A stretch of DNA of 64,000 nt from an uncultured virus (IMG/VR IMGVR_UViG_3300027732_000008) (IMGVR_UViG_3300027732_000008); one strand, 5' to 3'. Positions 48,849-59,727 are shown, counted from the first letter of the stretch. Numbers and translations are program-made. The notes: generated by a model not told the origin, from the letters alone.

Positions 48849-50212
48849 TGGCACAGCAATATTTTTATGATCAACAAATAAGACGCTGGCTATTGCAGTT
48901 CATGCGTGTGTTTGGCGGCTTCAGTGTTCAGATGGGCAAAGATGCAAACAATGATGATTACTATCATCAAGTGCCGGTACGCTACGGTGATACAAATCGT
49001 ATGAGTCAACACATCCTTCGCAAAAACAGCGAGAACACAATTCTTAGTGTACCTGCCATCAGTTGTTATATTGCAGAGCTTGTGCCCAGTGCCGAGCGGC
49101 GACTAAATCCGTCGCATCAAGATTCTGTGCAAATTTATGAGAAGGCAGTTGATCCACAGGGAAATATATTAGATAGCATTGGTGAAACTTACACCTTAGA
49201 AAGACATGCTCCTATTCCGTTTGATCTAACAATCAATGTGGACATTTGGACCAGCAATACAGAACAGAAACTACAGTTGCTTGAACAAATTTTGTTATTG
49301 TTCAATCCAAGTGTTAACTTGCAAAGCAGTCAAAATCCATATGACTGGACCAGTTTAGCAGTGGTAGAACTCGTGAACATTACTTGGACTGCTCGCAGTA
49401 TTCCGCAAGGAACAGACGATATCATTGACGTTGCAAGTTTGATTTTCTCCTTGCCAATTTACTTGTCGCCACCGGCCAAAGTAAAAAGGCAAGTGCTTAT
49501 CCATAGTATTCTTGCCAACATTAGTGCTTTCAATAGTCCAATTGATGCTACCACATTCCTGGACAACATTGTGCTCAATGAGCAGACTGCAAACAGCAGA
49601 CAATGGATTACTTTTAAAGATCGCCATATCAAAGTAAACGAAGATTTTGTTCAATTGCTCAACAGTGACAATACTGCAAAAGACAATGATGACAGCACTG
49701 GTGCTAACCTAAGTTGGAAATCACACTTTGAGATACACGGCGGTATTAGAAATGGCATAACCGAACTTCGATTGAAATTAGGCGATGCACTGGATCCAAA
49801 CGAAATAATTTTGCGGGTCGTTGAAATTCCTGGAAATGAAAATGTACTTGGCTATTCCATGGATAACAGCACTTTGCCAACTGATACAATTCCAATGATC
49901 AATGGTGTAATTGATCCAGAACGATCTTCTCCGGGCACAGCCAATATTCCTACATCAGCTGTTGGACAACGATATTTGTTGGCCAACAACATGGTTATGA
50001 ATGGCCTATGGGGCAACTTAGAAGCATCTACCAATGACATCATTGAGTACAACGGAAGTTCGTGGATTGTTTCTTTTAATGCACAGGCCGTCAACACCAG
50101 TGGTTATACCACCAATGCCAACACAATGAAAAAGTTATACTTCAATGGCACAGATTGGGTATTGGCAATTGAAGGAATATTTGAACAAGGCTGGTGGCGC
50201 ATAGTCAACTAA
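48848..50212 (+). CDS. tail terminator/sheath stabiliser (gp15-like) with C-terminal extension
   Basis: YFYDQQIRR, VPV.YG, PIPFDL...DIW...Q.LQ..EQI...FNP. Confidence 0.8.
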   Translation: MAQQYFYDQQIRRWLLQFMRVFGGFSVQMGKDANNDDYYHQVPVRYGDTNRMSQHILRKNSENTILSVPAISCYIAELVPSAERRLNPSHQDSVQIYEKAVDPQGNILDSIGETYTLERHAPIPFDLTINVDIWTSNTEQKLQLLEQILLLFNPSVNLQSSQNPYDWTSLAVVELVNITWTARSIPQGTDDIIDVASLIFSLPIYLSPPAKVKRQVLIHSILANISAFNSPIDATTFLDNIVLNEQTANSRQWITFKDRHIKVNEDFVQLLNSDNTAKDNDDSTGANLSWKSHFEIHGGIRNGITELRLKLGDALDPNEIILRVVEIPGNENVLGYSMDNSTLPTDTIPMINGVIDPERSSPGTANIPTSAVGQRYLLANNMVMNGLWGNLEASTNDIIEYNGSSWIVSFNAQAVNTSGYTTNANTMKKLYFNGTDWVLAIEGIFEQGWWRIVN

Positions 50213-50221
50213 CTATAAGAT

Positions 50222-50653
50222 ATGAGAGCAGTAGGCGCACTAATCGTAAGTAAAAAAACAGGCAGAGCAATGATGCAGTTGCGAAGCCCTAGTGAATCAC
50301 ACAGCATGTGTTGGGGCATATGGGGCGGAAAGCTTGAAGGTAACGAAGGTGACCTCAATGGACTCAAAAGAGAACTGTGTGAAGAACTAGGTTTTCCTGG
50401 TGTTCCAGAAACCATTGCAATCAGCCATGTGTACACTTTCACCACCAGAGACAAACGCTTTAGACATGTCAGTTATCTAATCTTATGTGAAGACGAATTT
50501 GTACCCATCATTGATTCAGAGAGTGCAGGTTATTGTTGGGTAAACATGTGGGAGTGGCCACAGCCATTGCATCGCAATACAGCCAAGATGTTTAACAGTA
50601 GAGGTTTTAAAGAAACGCTCGAAGGGTTATTGAACAATGTTAAGAGTAATTAA
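50222..50653 (+). CDS. NUDIX hydrolase
   Basis: GGKLEGNEGDLNGLKRELCEELG Nudix box. Confidence 0.88.
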   Translation: MRAVGALIVSKKTGRAMMQLRSPSESHSMCWGIWGGKLEGNEGDLNGLKRELCEELGFPGVPETIAISHVYTFTTRDKRFRHVSYLILCEDEFVPIIDSESAGYCWVNMWEWPQPLHRNTAKMFNSRGFKETLEGLLNNVKSN

Positions 50654-51068
50654 AGCACCAAATAAAAAATTACTTGACATTTATACAGGACCCCACCACC
50701 AACTGGAGTATCAACATTGTTGGGAGCCCTGGCTTAACAACCCTCTTCTAAATAATCTGTATAAAAATTCCATCAGTCACACAGAAAGATGGTACTTGGA
50801 AATTCGTCGTCTTATCAATGAGGAATTGTGGTACCATCCGTTGCTCAATAGTATAATTTTAGACCAAAGTCTCAAGACTAAACTTGTAATGAGCTCAGTG
50901 TTGGATGGTGCAAGTATGCGTAATGTGCTGGCCAATGATATGTATCCAGAATATCATATTTCTGCGGGTATCAATCTTAAAAAATTAAATCGCTGGTGTT
51001 CGTTTTTTATTAGCTTGCCTAATTCACACGAAACTCTTGTGTCCCTAAATGCCCTATCTCCCGACTAA
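50637..51068 (+). CDS. hypothetical protein
   Basis: 143-aa ORF overlapping NUDIX stop. Confidence 0.5.
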   Translation: MLRVIKAPNKKLLDIYTGPHHQLEYQHCWEPWLNNPLLNNLYKNSISHTERWYLEIRRLINEELWYHPLLNSIILDQSLKTKLVMSSVLDGASMRNVLANDMYPEYHISAGINLKKLNRWCSFFISLPNSHETLVSLNALSPD

Positions 51069-51663
51069 GATCTAAGTCGCAAAATATTTTAACATTGTTC
51101 TGCGAAAGCACTTCGCAAAAACCCATATCTTCACCGTGCCAAGTTGAACTGGGTGCATGCCATTTAAGTGGGAAGTGTGGGCTTGGAATTTCATTGACGA
51201 TACTGGCCTTGATTAATACACAGCCCATTCCTGTGTATTTTATTTCAGTGAGTCCGTGTCCGCTGACATCCACTGGTTCCACTGGATCAATGTTGTAAAA
51301 AGCAGTGGTATGAAATGGTTCTACTCTCTTGGAGTATGTTGCACAAACAACATTTTTATTGTGTTCAAGTAATCTGACAATGACATCTTCTGGAAATGTC
51401 ATGTCGCTGTCAAACCACATGATGTGATCTGCCTGATGTGTGTTTATAGCACTATCTAACAATACTTGTCGTTGATTGCTCAATACTGTACCTGCATCCA
51501 TTTCTAATACCACTGGTATACCTTGCTTTTCAGTGAATCGTATTGCGTTGGTCAGGCAAAACGCACTCAATGAATGCATCATTCCGTTTGTTGGAATGCA
51601 GATTACAACCTGCTCACTCAAAGCAGGTTGTTTATCAAAGATAGTTTTTCCGGACTTTAACAA
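51019..51663 (-). CDS. GT-A fold glycosyltransferase (GT2-like)
   Basis: ICIPT, WFDSDM (DxD), GMGCVLI, GEDMGFC, IGH. Confidence 0.8.
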   Translation of the reverse strand: MLKSGKTIFDKQPALSEQVVICIPTNGMMHSLSAFCLTNAIRFTEKQGIPVVLEMDAGTVLSNQRQVLLDSAINTHQADHIMWFDSDMTFPEDVIVRLLEHNKNVVCATYSKRVEPFHTTAFYNIDPVEPVDVSGHGLTEIKYTGMGCVLIKASIVNEIPSPHFPLKWHAPSSTWHGEDMGFCEVLSQNNVKIFCDLDLSREIGHLGTQEFRVN

Positions 51664-51666
51664 GTT

Positions 51667-52179
51667 TTATTCACCTACATCACTTGGCACATTAGATAAA
51701 TTTGCCTTGCGTTCTGCTAACCTAGTGGTCTTATTAATGACATTAAGGAAACTTTGGCACTTGGTAATTGTTTCTTCGTACAGTTCAGCTGGTAATTTTA
51801 ACATCTGTTCCATATTTTCAAAACTAAACTTTTGTGTCAATGCTTCAATTGCGGCTTTTCTGGCCAATGCTTCTACCCAGAATTCTGGTTCTGCATTTTC
51901 CAAGGCTGTTGCAATGTCTGTGCCAATTTCGGCTTTTAGTTCATTGATTTTTTCTAAAATAATGTTCATTTCATTCAGCACTGACGCTAGTTCGTCTTCA
52001 TTGCTGGTTTGCTCGAACAAATTATTCAACGCTTCAATTTCTTGGCAAAGAACAACTAATAGTCTTGGACCGCTGGCCGACCCGTATAGAAAGTTTTCTC
52101 TTTCAAACTTGGTACGGAATGGTACATTCTTCAATAACGCTCTAGAACTGGCTAGAACTTCAACATGTGACAGTTGCAT
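51667..52179 (-). CDS. hypothetical coiled-coil protein
   Basis: 170 aa with AAGGAG SD. Confidence 0.65.
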   Translation of the reverse strand: MQLSHVEVLASSRALLKNVPFRTKFERENFLYGSASGPRLLVVLCQEIEALNNLFEQTSNEDELASVLNEMNIILEKINELKAEIGTDIATALENAEPEFWVEALARKAAIEALTQKFSFENMEQMLKLPAELYEETITKCQSFLNVINKTTRLAERKANLSNVPSDVGE

Positions 52180-52235
52180 GGGTAAACTCCTTTAATAACT
52201 TACTATGTATCAAAATATTTTCTGAAATCATAACC

Positions 52236-52266
52236 AAAAAGAAAGGGCGTTGCCGCCCTTTCTTTG
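52236..52266 (-). terminator. intrinsic terminator
   Basis: AAAGAAAGGGCG-gcaa-CGCCCTTTCTTTTT. Confidence 0.85.
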
Positions 52267-52277
52267 TTTAACAACGA

Positions 52278-52469
52278 TTAAATGTTGTGTGGTGTACTTC
52301 GACCACCAAATGTAGAACTTAAACTGACGGCGCCTGAACTGATGCTAATATAAGCACCAAGTGTACCGCGTAATGCGGTATTTGAGCCTGCACCTGGGGC
52401 CGCATTGCTGTAGCCCTTTTTGACATTAGTAAAAGTCATTGCTGATCCAGTTGCTGGAAGGGTTGGCAT
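52278..52469 (-). CDS. small tail-fibre-associated protein
   Basis: 63 aa; MPTLPATGSAMT...SLSSTFGG; AAGGAG SD. Confidence 0.65.
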   Translation of the reverse strand: MPTLPATGSAMTFTNVKKGYSNAAPGAGSNTALRGTLGAYISISSGAVSLSSTFGGRSTPHNI

Positions 52470-52498
52470 AATATATCTCCTTTGCTAGTTACCTGAGC

Positions 52499-55123
52499 TT
52501 AAAGTTCGGTTGTAGCCGAACCGCCTAGCCTAGCAATTTGAGCTGTCAAGGCATCAAGTTGTAGCTGTTGGGCTTTAATTGCTTCGAGCAACAATGCTGT
52601 CAACTTCTCATACTTAACAGTTTTAAAACCTTCAAATGCACTTGGAGCAACCAACTGTGGCAATACTGCTTCAACTTCTTGAGCAATAACACCAACTTCT
52701 TCTTTGTCAGTAATGCCTAAAGCCAACGCTGTATCATTTGGACGGAAAGTAACACCACGCAAACTCATTACCTTGGCAATAGGATCTGTAATTGCTTCAA
52801 TATCTTTCTTCAAGTTAATGTCTGAGTAGTAAGCTGTAATTTCACCTGTAGCAGTGATGCCACCAGAAACTGTTAAAGCACCTGTTGATGCTGTACCAAA
52901 GCTGACGTTAGAACCTGAACTATAAAAACCGTTACCGTTGGTCAACTGGTTGTTGTTAGTTACATTGGTAGCGCCTGCGGCAATACCATTTAACTTAGAA
53001 GCAAATGTACTTGTCATGTAACCATCAACTGAAGCTGTAGCGGCTGGCATAGAGATTACAGGAGTTGTGCCACCACTTGATGCTACAGGACCAGTTGCTG
53101 TAACTGCTGTAACACCAGAACTTGTAACATAACCAGCACCGTTAGTGATTTGGTTATTGTTAGTTGGAATAGTGATTACACCAGTTGTGCTGTTGTAAGC
53201 ACCACTACCAGCTACAAAGCTGTGTGCGGCACGAGCCAATGCGTCTGTGTACTGAGTGATTGTGTTGGTTAAGGTAATTGTACCACCTAAACTTACAGCA
53301 CCGCCACCACTTAAACCTGTACCAGCTGTAACTGTAACAGAACTGTTTGCTAGTTTTGCGTTGGCAATACTACCAGCCAACATTGCGTTTGTAACTGCTA
53401 AAGCAGAAATTGTCAATGCTGTTGAAGCACCTGTTGTACCTGAACCTGTTACATCACCAGTAAATGTCAATGCGCCACTTGGAATAGAAACTGCTGATGT
53501 TGTAACTGATGTTACTAGACCTTTTGCATTGACTGTAACTACTGGAATAGATGACGCAGAACCAAATGTTCCAACATTGCTGTTAACAGTGGCCAATGTA
53601 GATGCTGATGATACGCTACCAGATCCATCAAATGCCAAACTTGTCCAAGCTACATCGCCACTCATAGCAATAGTTCTTGCTGTTGCCAATGCTGTTGCTG
53701 TACTTGCGTTACCAGTTAATGCACCAGTAAAGCCAGTTGAAGTAACTGAAGTTAAACCAGCCAATGTGGTTGATGTTGCACCCAGTGCAGTTGATGTTGA
53801 ACCAATTGTAACTGTTGTGTTTGTCAATGAAGTGTTGGGAATACTACCCAAGCTAAAAGCACCAGTTCCACTGCTGTAACTGATACCAGTTCCACTGCTT
53901 CCACTTACTGCGCCACGAGCACGAGTGTTTGTGAAGTATACATTGGTTGTTCCTTCAGCTAAGCCGTCAGTGTTGACTGCGATTGGGTTGTATGTTGCAC
54001 CATCATTTGTAAATTGCCAAATGTCTGAACCTTCATTCCAACGAATTGATACATTTGTGTCATCGCCGCGTTCAACTTCAACGCCAGCGTTTTGTGTTGC
54101 GGCACCTGTTGCATCACTGTTTAAAGTGATAATGTTGTCAGCTAGGTTAATTGTGTTTGAGTTAACACTTGTAGTTGTACCGCTGACTGTAAAGTCACCA
54201 GCAACTACCACACCACTGGCATTAACTGTAAGAGCTGTTGAACCGTCAACTGTGACTGTTACAGTACCTGTACCGCTGTCAACCACTGCAACGCTTGAGT
54301 TACCTTGTTGAATGCTTGTTGTGCTGATGTTGCTGATAGCTGTGTCAACATAAGTCTTAGTGGCCGCATCGTTAGCACTGCTTGGAACACCAAGACCGAT
54401 AACTTTGTTACCGTTCATTTCAATGCTGTCACCAAAGTTAACTTTGATACCTGCGCTGTCAGTAATGTTCTTACCGGCTGCGATTTGCATTGTACCGTCA
54501 ATGTTGACGTTTGTTGAGCTTGAACCCAACTGTAAAATACCTGTACCAAGTGTTTTGATACGGATGTTTTGGTCCTGATCAGCACTGAATGTGATTGTAC
54601 CTGTGTCGTCTTCTAGAACTTTACTACCGTTAACATACAAAGAACCTGGACCAACATAGATATCTCTCCATTGGAAGCTTGCACTACCTAGGTCATATGT
54701 GATGTCTGAACTTGGAACAATGCTACCAGTGATACCGACATTGCCAGTTAATGTTAAACCAGCAAATGTTGGGCTTGCACTTGTTGTAAGTGATTGTGTG
54801 GTTGTAATAACACCAGTTGATGAATTGTAGCTGATGCTACCTGTTCCACTTAGTGCGGCTCTTGCGCGAGCATTGGTGAAATATAAGTTACTTGGTGCTG
54901 ATGCTTTTTCTAATACATCATCTGCATTTAGAACTACAGCGCCGCCGTATGTGTTGACGGTTGTTACACCACCAATTTCAACAACTGATGCTGATCCGTT
55001 ATTTTTCTTGATAAAAATTCTGCCGTCATATGTATTGATAGCAATTTCGCCTAATTCTAACTGGCCGGTTGTTGGTATCTTTGCCGGTGTTGAACTACGC
55101 TTTAAAATGATTTGATTGGCCAT
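52499..55123 (-). CDS. tail fibre with C-terminal intramolecular chaperone (peptidase S74)
   Basis: N-terminal IILKRS...L..GEIAIN; C-terminal YSDINLKKDI...GVIAQEVE..LP...V.Y..L. Confidence 0.88.
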   Translation of the reverse strand: MANQIILKRSSTPAKIPTTGQLELGEIAINTYDGRIFIKKNNGSASVVEIGGVTTVNTYGGAVVLNADDVLEKASAPSNLYFTNARARAALSGTGSISYNSSTGVITTTQSLTTSASPTFAGLTLTGNVGITGSIVPSSDITYDLGSASFQWRDIYVGPGSLYVNGSKVLEDDTGTITFSADQDQNIRIKTLGTGILQLGSSSTNVNIDGTMQIAAGKNITDSAGIKVNFGDSIEMNGNKVIGLGVPSSANDAATKTYVDTAISNISTTSIQQGNSSVAVVDSGTGTVTVTVDGSTALTVNASGVVVAGDFTVSGTTTSVNSNTINLADNIITLNSDATGAATQNAGVEVERGDDTNVSIRWNEGSDIWQFTNDGATYNPIAVNTDGLAEGTTNVYFTNTRARGAVSGSSGTGISYSSGTGAFSLGSIPNTSLTNTTVTIGSTSTALGATSTTLAGLTSVTSTGFTGALTGNASTATALATARTIAMSGDVAWTSLAFDGSGSVSSASTLATVNSNVGTFGSASSIPVVTVNAKGLVTSVTTSAVSIPSGALTFTGDVTGSGTTGASTALTISALAVTNAMLAGSIANAKLANSSVTVTAGTGLSGGGAVSLGGTITLTNTITQYTDALARAAHSFVAGSGAYNSTTGVITIPTNNNQITNGAGYVTSSGVTAVTATGPVASSGGTTPVISMPAATASVDGYMTSTFASKLNGIAAGATNVTNNNQLTNGNGFYSSGSNVSFGTASTGALTVSGGITATGEITAYYSDINLKKDIEAITDPIAKVMSLRGVTFRPNDTALALGITDKEEVGVIAQEVEAVLPQLVAPSAFEGFKTVKYEKLTALLLEAIKAQQLQLDALTAQIARLGGSATTEL

Positions 55124-55226
55124 TTGAGTATCTACTCCCTTTTTGGTCTATTGATGGGGTTTGTTCCATTCTTTCCAAAGCTATTTACCAGGACCAACCA
55201 ATAAACAGGAATAGTACTTAATTATT

Positions 55227-55727
55227 TTAGAATTCACCGCCGTCAACAGCTATGTCTGATTGGGCAATTGAGTCAATTTGGCCAGACTCGTTTAATGTTA
55301 TTGTTAGAGTTTTGGTAGAAGCACCGTAGGTTCCAGATAAATCAACTGGACCAATCCTGCTTTCTTTGGCAAATATAATGCTAGACGAACCAATTACAAC
55401 AGGCCCTGATGTAATCAGGATCCATGTTGTTTTTTCGTTGGTAGTTCCTTCTTCCACATACACTTTGGCACCAGAAGTCAGCTCTACACCGCTGTCTGCG
55501 TCAATTGATCTTGTGAGTCTACTGGTACTTGATGACCAGGAATAAATTCCATTGGTAGTTGCTGGACTTTGACCAGCCAATAATACCCTGTCTTTGTCGT
55601 TCAGCGTTATTCCGTCAATGATGGTCACTGTGTTGGCCAGGGTCAGTGGGGTTCGAAGTGCCACACGAACACTATCTTTGTAGTCAGTTACGGCACTGAC
55701 AAATTGTTTACCTCTGAATATTGGCAT
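55227..55727 (-). CDS. fibre/decoration-associated structural protein
   Basis: KDSVRVA...IDG..L...DRVLL.GQ....NGIY...R..D. Confidence 0.7.
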   Translation of the reverse strand: MPIFRGKQFVSAVTDYKDSVRVALRTPLTLANTVTIIDGITLNDKDRVLLAGQSPATTNGIYSWSSSTSRLTRSIDADSGVELTSGAKVYVEEGTTNEKTTWILITSGPVVIGSSSIIFAKESRIGPVDLSGTYGASTKTLTITLNESGQIDSIAQSDIAVDGGEF

Positions 55728-55795
55728 TATTGAGCAAATTCCTATGCTTCTTAGCGATAGCTTATTTAGTAAACTTTAGACAATGCAGTCATTAG

Positions 55796-55826
55796 AAAAG
55801 GTGCAAGTTTCCTTGCACCTTTTTTT
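55796..55826 (-). terminator. intrinsic terminator
   Basis: AAAAGGTGCAAG-ttt-CCTTGCACCTTTT inverted repeat. Confidence 0.8.
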
Positions 55827-55851
55827 AACTAAAATTAGATTTTATTCTAAA

Positions 55852-58800
55852 TTAGTATGTACCACCATCAATTGAGCTGGATTCGTTTAGAACGCCACCA
55901 GCTGTCAAGGTAGAAGTAGAACTTACACGAACAAAGATATAATCGTCTTGTTCCGGAGCCTCAGTCATAACAATACTTGATACACCACTAACTGTGCTTA
56001 GTGAGTAAGAGTATGTAGGTGCTTGGATTAAACCGTTAATAAACACTTGCGTGTTATCAATTGAGCTTACTTCAACGCCTGTACTGAATGATGTAGTTGT
56101 ACCGTTACCAGTGAAGTTTAATGTTGTGGCTGTAACAGCAATGTTCTGTGGAACAAAGTTTTGAGCCGCACTAGACCAAACCAGTGTGTAACCGTCTTGC
56201 AAACCATTTGTTAAATCAACGTCAGACAATGCACCAACGCTGGCGGCTGCAATACGAGCATCTGCACGATTATTCGTGTAATACAAGTTTGTTGCACCTT
56301 CGTCAATTGCATCAGTAGTTGGTGTTACAAAAGTTAATACGCCTGTACCGCTACTGTATGTTAAAATAGTAGCATCATCTGATGTTAATGTAATAGCTGA
56401 ACGAGCCTGAGCATTTGTAAACCATTTGTTTGTACGACCAACATCAGAAATGTCATCACTTGTCAATACAACAACGCCTGTTTGTGAGTTAACACTATGA
56501 ACTGCGGCCAATGTACTGATAACACCAGTGGCAGCATCATAAACAATGTTGCTACCGTTGCTGATGCTGTTGCGAGCACGGGCTGTTGTGAAGTACTGGT
56601 TAGTTGAACCTTCAGCTACATCATCTGTAGTTGAATTGGCCAAGTTGAATACAAATACACCAGTCGCACCATCATATGACAATACTGAGTTTTTACTTGT
56701 GGTCAAACTAACAGCGCCTCTAGCACGAGTATTGGTAAAGTATTGGTTAACTGGTGAAACACCTTCTGCTACATCATCAGTGACCAGTGAGTAACTGGCA
56801 CCCAATGCAATGGCATGACCATTGACTGTGACTGAACTATTTGTCAAACTTGCATTTGGAATACTTGCAAGAGCAATAACACCAGTTGCTGAGTCATATG
56901 TGACTCCGCTTGCTGTTGTTGCGCTTAGGGCTTGACGAATATTTGCATCTGTTACTTTGGCGTATGTGAACACACCTGCGGCATAAGTTAAATCACCCCA
57001 ACCAGTACCACTTGTTGCGGCACTAAAGTGAGCGCGAGCTTCGGTAGCACTTGGACCTGTGTATGTAAATGCACCAGTAGCTGAGTCATATGCAAAACTG
57101 CCATCACCGCCTGCATCAACTCCACTCACAGTACCACGGGCACGGGCCTGTGTAAAGTACATGGTGCCACTTGTTACTGTTGCGGCTGGATCTTCTGTTA
57201 GGTCACTGGTGTCATGATTACTAATATCACTTACTTGTCCAGTTACATTACCAGTTAGGTTACCAGTTACATTGCCAGTTACATTGCCAGTTACAGCACC
57301 AGTTAAATCACCAGTGAAACCAGTTGTAGCAGTAATGGTTGTACCTCTTACTGTTGATGCAGTAGTAGCGCCAACTGTTGTACCATCAATAGCACCGCCG
57401 TTGATATCAACTGTAGTGAATGTACTTGTACCTGTACTGGTGACATTACCTGTAACATTGCCAGTTAGGTCGCCTGTAACATTACCTGTAACATTACCTG
57501 TAACATTACCAGTTAGGTCACCAGTAAATGTAGGAGCTGTCAATGTAGTTGTTACACTTAAACCACCTGTAACAACAACAGACTTGTTGAAGTTCCAAGT
57601 ATCTGTACCACTTGCGTATGTCAATGTTGCACTGGCACCATCAACTGTTAAACCAGCACCGTTGGCAGCGGCAGCGTTTGCGGCACCTTTGGCAACTGTG
57701 ATGTTTAAGTCATTGATTTCAACAATAGTTGATTGAATAGATGTTAGTGTACCTTGAACTGTCAAGTCACCGCTAACTGTTACATCATTGAATGTGACGT
57801 CACTTGTTGTACCAACTGCTTGACCAATTTCAAAGACACCTGTACCAGCGGTGTATATTACACCTGTGCCACCACTGACATCTGCACGAGTGCGGGCTGT
57901 TGTGTAGTATAGATTTGAGCCTTCTGTCAGATTAGTAGTTGTCTTGGTAGCCAGTTGTGTATCAAATCTTGCTGTTGTGTAGTATAGATTTGAGCCTTCT
58001 GCAAGATCAGTAGTTGACTTGGTGGCAAGTCTTGTGTCCCATCGTGCGTCTGTCAAGTACTTGTTGGTACCACCAGCGGCTTCAGCAATGTCATCGGCGT
58101 TTAGTGTCAAACTACCACCCAATGCAAGAGCGTAACTGTTGACTGTGACTGAGCTGTTTGTCAAACTTGCATTTGGAATAGCGGCTAGTGCAATAACACC
58201 AGTTGCTGAGTCATATGTGACTCCGCTTGCTGTTGTAGCACTTAAATTACCACGAACATCAGCGGCTGTTACTTTTGCAAATGTAACTACACCGGTTGCT
58301 GAGTCATATGTTAATCCACCAAAGCCAGTTCCACTTGTTGCGGCACTTACTGCTTGGCGAATATTTGCATCTGTTACTTTTGCATAAGTGAACACGCCTG
58401 CGGCATAAGTTAAATCGCCCCAACCAGTACCACTTGTTGCGGCGCTTAGGTGAGCACGAACTTCTGTGGCACTTGGACCTGTATATGTGAAAGCACCAGT
58501 GGCCGAGTTATATGCAAAACTGCCATCACCACCTGCATCAACTGCACTAATTGCGGCTTGAGCACGAGCATTTGTAAAGTACATGGTACCACTTGATACT
58601 GTTGCGGCTGGATCTTCAATGACATCAGTTGTGTCTGGAGCAATAATGTCAATGACACCTGTTCCAGAAGTATAGCTTAGGTTAGCCCAACCTGTTGCAC
58701 TAATTGCGGCACGGGCTCTTGCATCTGTATAATATAAGTTTGTACCTTCAGCAATATCAGTTGTTGATGGCATTACAAAAGTAAACACACCAGTTGAACT

Positions 58801-59727
58801 GTTATAGGCTAAAATACTAGAGTTGCCAGTTGTTAAACTTACTGCGCCACGGGCTCTTGCATTGGTAAAGTATTGATTTGTTGAACCTTCACTGATGTCA
58901 TCTGTATCTAACACTACATCATGAGTTTGTGTGTTAACTGACCAAACTGCGGCTTGTGTACTGATAATACCTGTTGCTGAATCATAATCAACATTGGCGC
59001 CACTGCCAATACTTGTACGAGCACGGGCTGTTGTGAAGTACTGGTTAGTTGAGCCTTCAGCTACTTTATCTGTATTTTGCTTGGCAAAAGTAAACGCACC
59101 AGTACCGCTACTGTATGTTAAAATAGTAGCATCATCTGATGTTAAGCTTATTGCGGCACGGGCTCTTGCATCGCTGAAATATAGGTTAGTAGTACCTTCT
59201 AATACGCCATCGCTGGTAGGATGTGAGTATGTAAACACACCAGTGGTACTGTTATACGCTAATACTGTACCATTGTTAGATGTCAATGAAATGTCATTGC
59301 GGGCACGGCTTGACAAATAGTATAGGTTATTTGAACCTTCTGGTACGTCGTCTGTGCTGTTGATAGTGATTGAATTGATCAATGAATCAACATATTGTTT
59401 GGTTGTGGCACCTAGGTTAGCAACTGGATCGGCATTTAAAATCAGGAATCCTGACATTGTGTCGCCGGCTTTGGCCAGTTTACCAGCTAGTGCTGATGTA
59501 ATGGTTGATGTAAAACTTGCATCATTGTTAATTGCACTTGCTAATTCAGATAGTGTGTCTAACACTTCTGGTGCGGAGTTAATTAAGTTTGTTACGGATG
59601 TTCTAACATAGGCTGTTGTGGCAACCTGGGTTGTGCTTACTTGCTGGGCCGCTGTTGGCGCTGTTGGCGTTCCACGAAGGTCTACTGAACTTATGATCGA
59701 ACTTGACCGGGCTTTGATAATTGGCAT
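55852..59727 (-). CDS. long repetitive fibre protein
   Basis: 1291 aa; many TDD.AEG..N.Y(F/Y)T.ARAR and Y...TG.F repeats; GNVT/GDLT stalk repeats. Confidence 0.8.
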   Translation of the reverse strand: MPIIKARSSSIISSVDLRGTPTAPTAAQQVSTTQVATTAYVRTSVTNLINSAPEVLDTLSELASAINNDASFTSTITSALAGKLAKAGDTMSGFLILNADPVANLGATTKQYVDSLINSITINSTDDVPEGSNNLYYLSSRARNDISLTSNNGTVLAYNSTTGVFTYSHPTSDGVLEGTTNLYFSDARARAAISLTSDDATILTYSSGTGAFTFAKQNTDKVAEGSTNQYFTTARARTSIGSGANVDYDSATGIISTQAAVWSVNTQTHDVVLDTDDISEGSTNQYFTNARARGAVSLTTGNSSILAYNSSTGVFTFVMPSTTDIAEGTNLYYTDARARAAISATGWANLSYTSGTGVIDIIAPDTTDVIEDPAATVSSGTMYFTNARAQAAISAVDAGGDGSFAYNSATGAFTYTGPSATEVRAHLSAATSGTGWGDLTYAAGVFTYAKVTDANIRQAVSAATSGTGFGGLTYDSATGVVTFAKVTAADVRGNLSATTASGVTYDSATGVIALAAIPNASLTNSSVTVNSYALALGGSLTLNADDIAEAAGGTNKYLTDARWDTRLATKSTTDLAEGSNLYYTTARFDTQLATKTTTNLTEGSNLYYTTARTRADVSGGTGVIYTAGTGVFEIGQAVGTTSDVTFNDVTVSGDLTVQGTLTSIQSTIVEINDLNITVAKGAANAAAANGAGLTVDGASATLTYASGTDTWNFNKSVVVTGGLSVTTTLTAPTFTGDLTGNVTGNVTGNVTGDLTGNVTGNVTSTGTSTFTTVDINGGAIDGTTVGATTASTVRGTTITATTGFTGDLTGAVTGNVTGNVTGNLTGNVTGQVSDISNHDTSDLTEDPAATVTSGTMYFTQARARGTVSGVDAGGDGSFAYDSATGAFTYTGPSATEARAHFSAATSGTGWGDLTYAAGVFTYAKVTDANIRQALSATTASGVTYDSATGVIALASIPNASLTNSSVTVNGHAIALGASYSLVTDDVAEGVSPVNQYFTNTRARGAVSLTTSKNSVLSYDGATGVFVFNLANSTTDDVAEGSTNQYFTTARARNSISNGSNIVYDAATGVISTLAAVHSVNSQTGVVVLTSDDISDVGRTNKWFTNAQARSAITLTSDDATILTYSSGTGVLTFVTPTTDAIDEGATNLYYTNNRADARIAAASVGALSDVDLTNGLQDGYTLVWSSAAQNFVPQNIAVTATTLNFTGNGTTTSFSTGVEVSSIDNTQVFINGLIQAPTYSYSLSTVSGVSSIVMTEAPEQDDYIFVRVSSTSTLTAGGVLNESSSIDGGTY

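Noticed and set aside
40503..59611. Long antisense ORFs (e.g. 40503-41201, 51476-52195, 53256-53879)
   Set aside because: Shadows of codon-biased real genes on the opposite strand; no SD, promoter or recognisable motif.
52499..59727. Diversity-generating retroelement TR/VR pair
   Set aside because: No reverse transcriptase in the window; the duplicated copies are both coding and differences are not adenine-specific.
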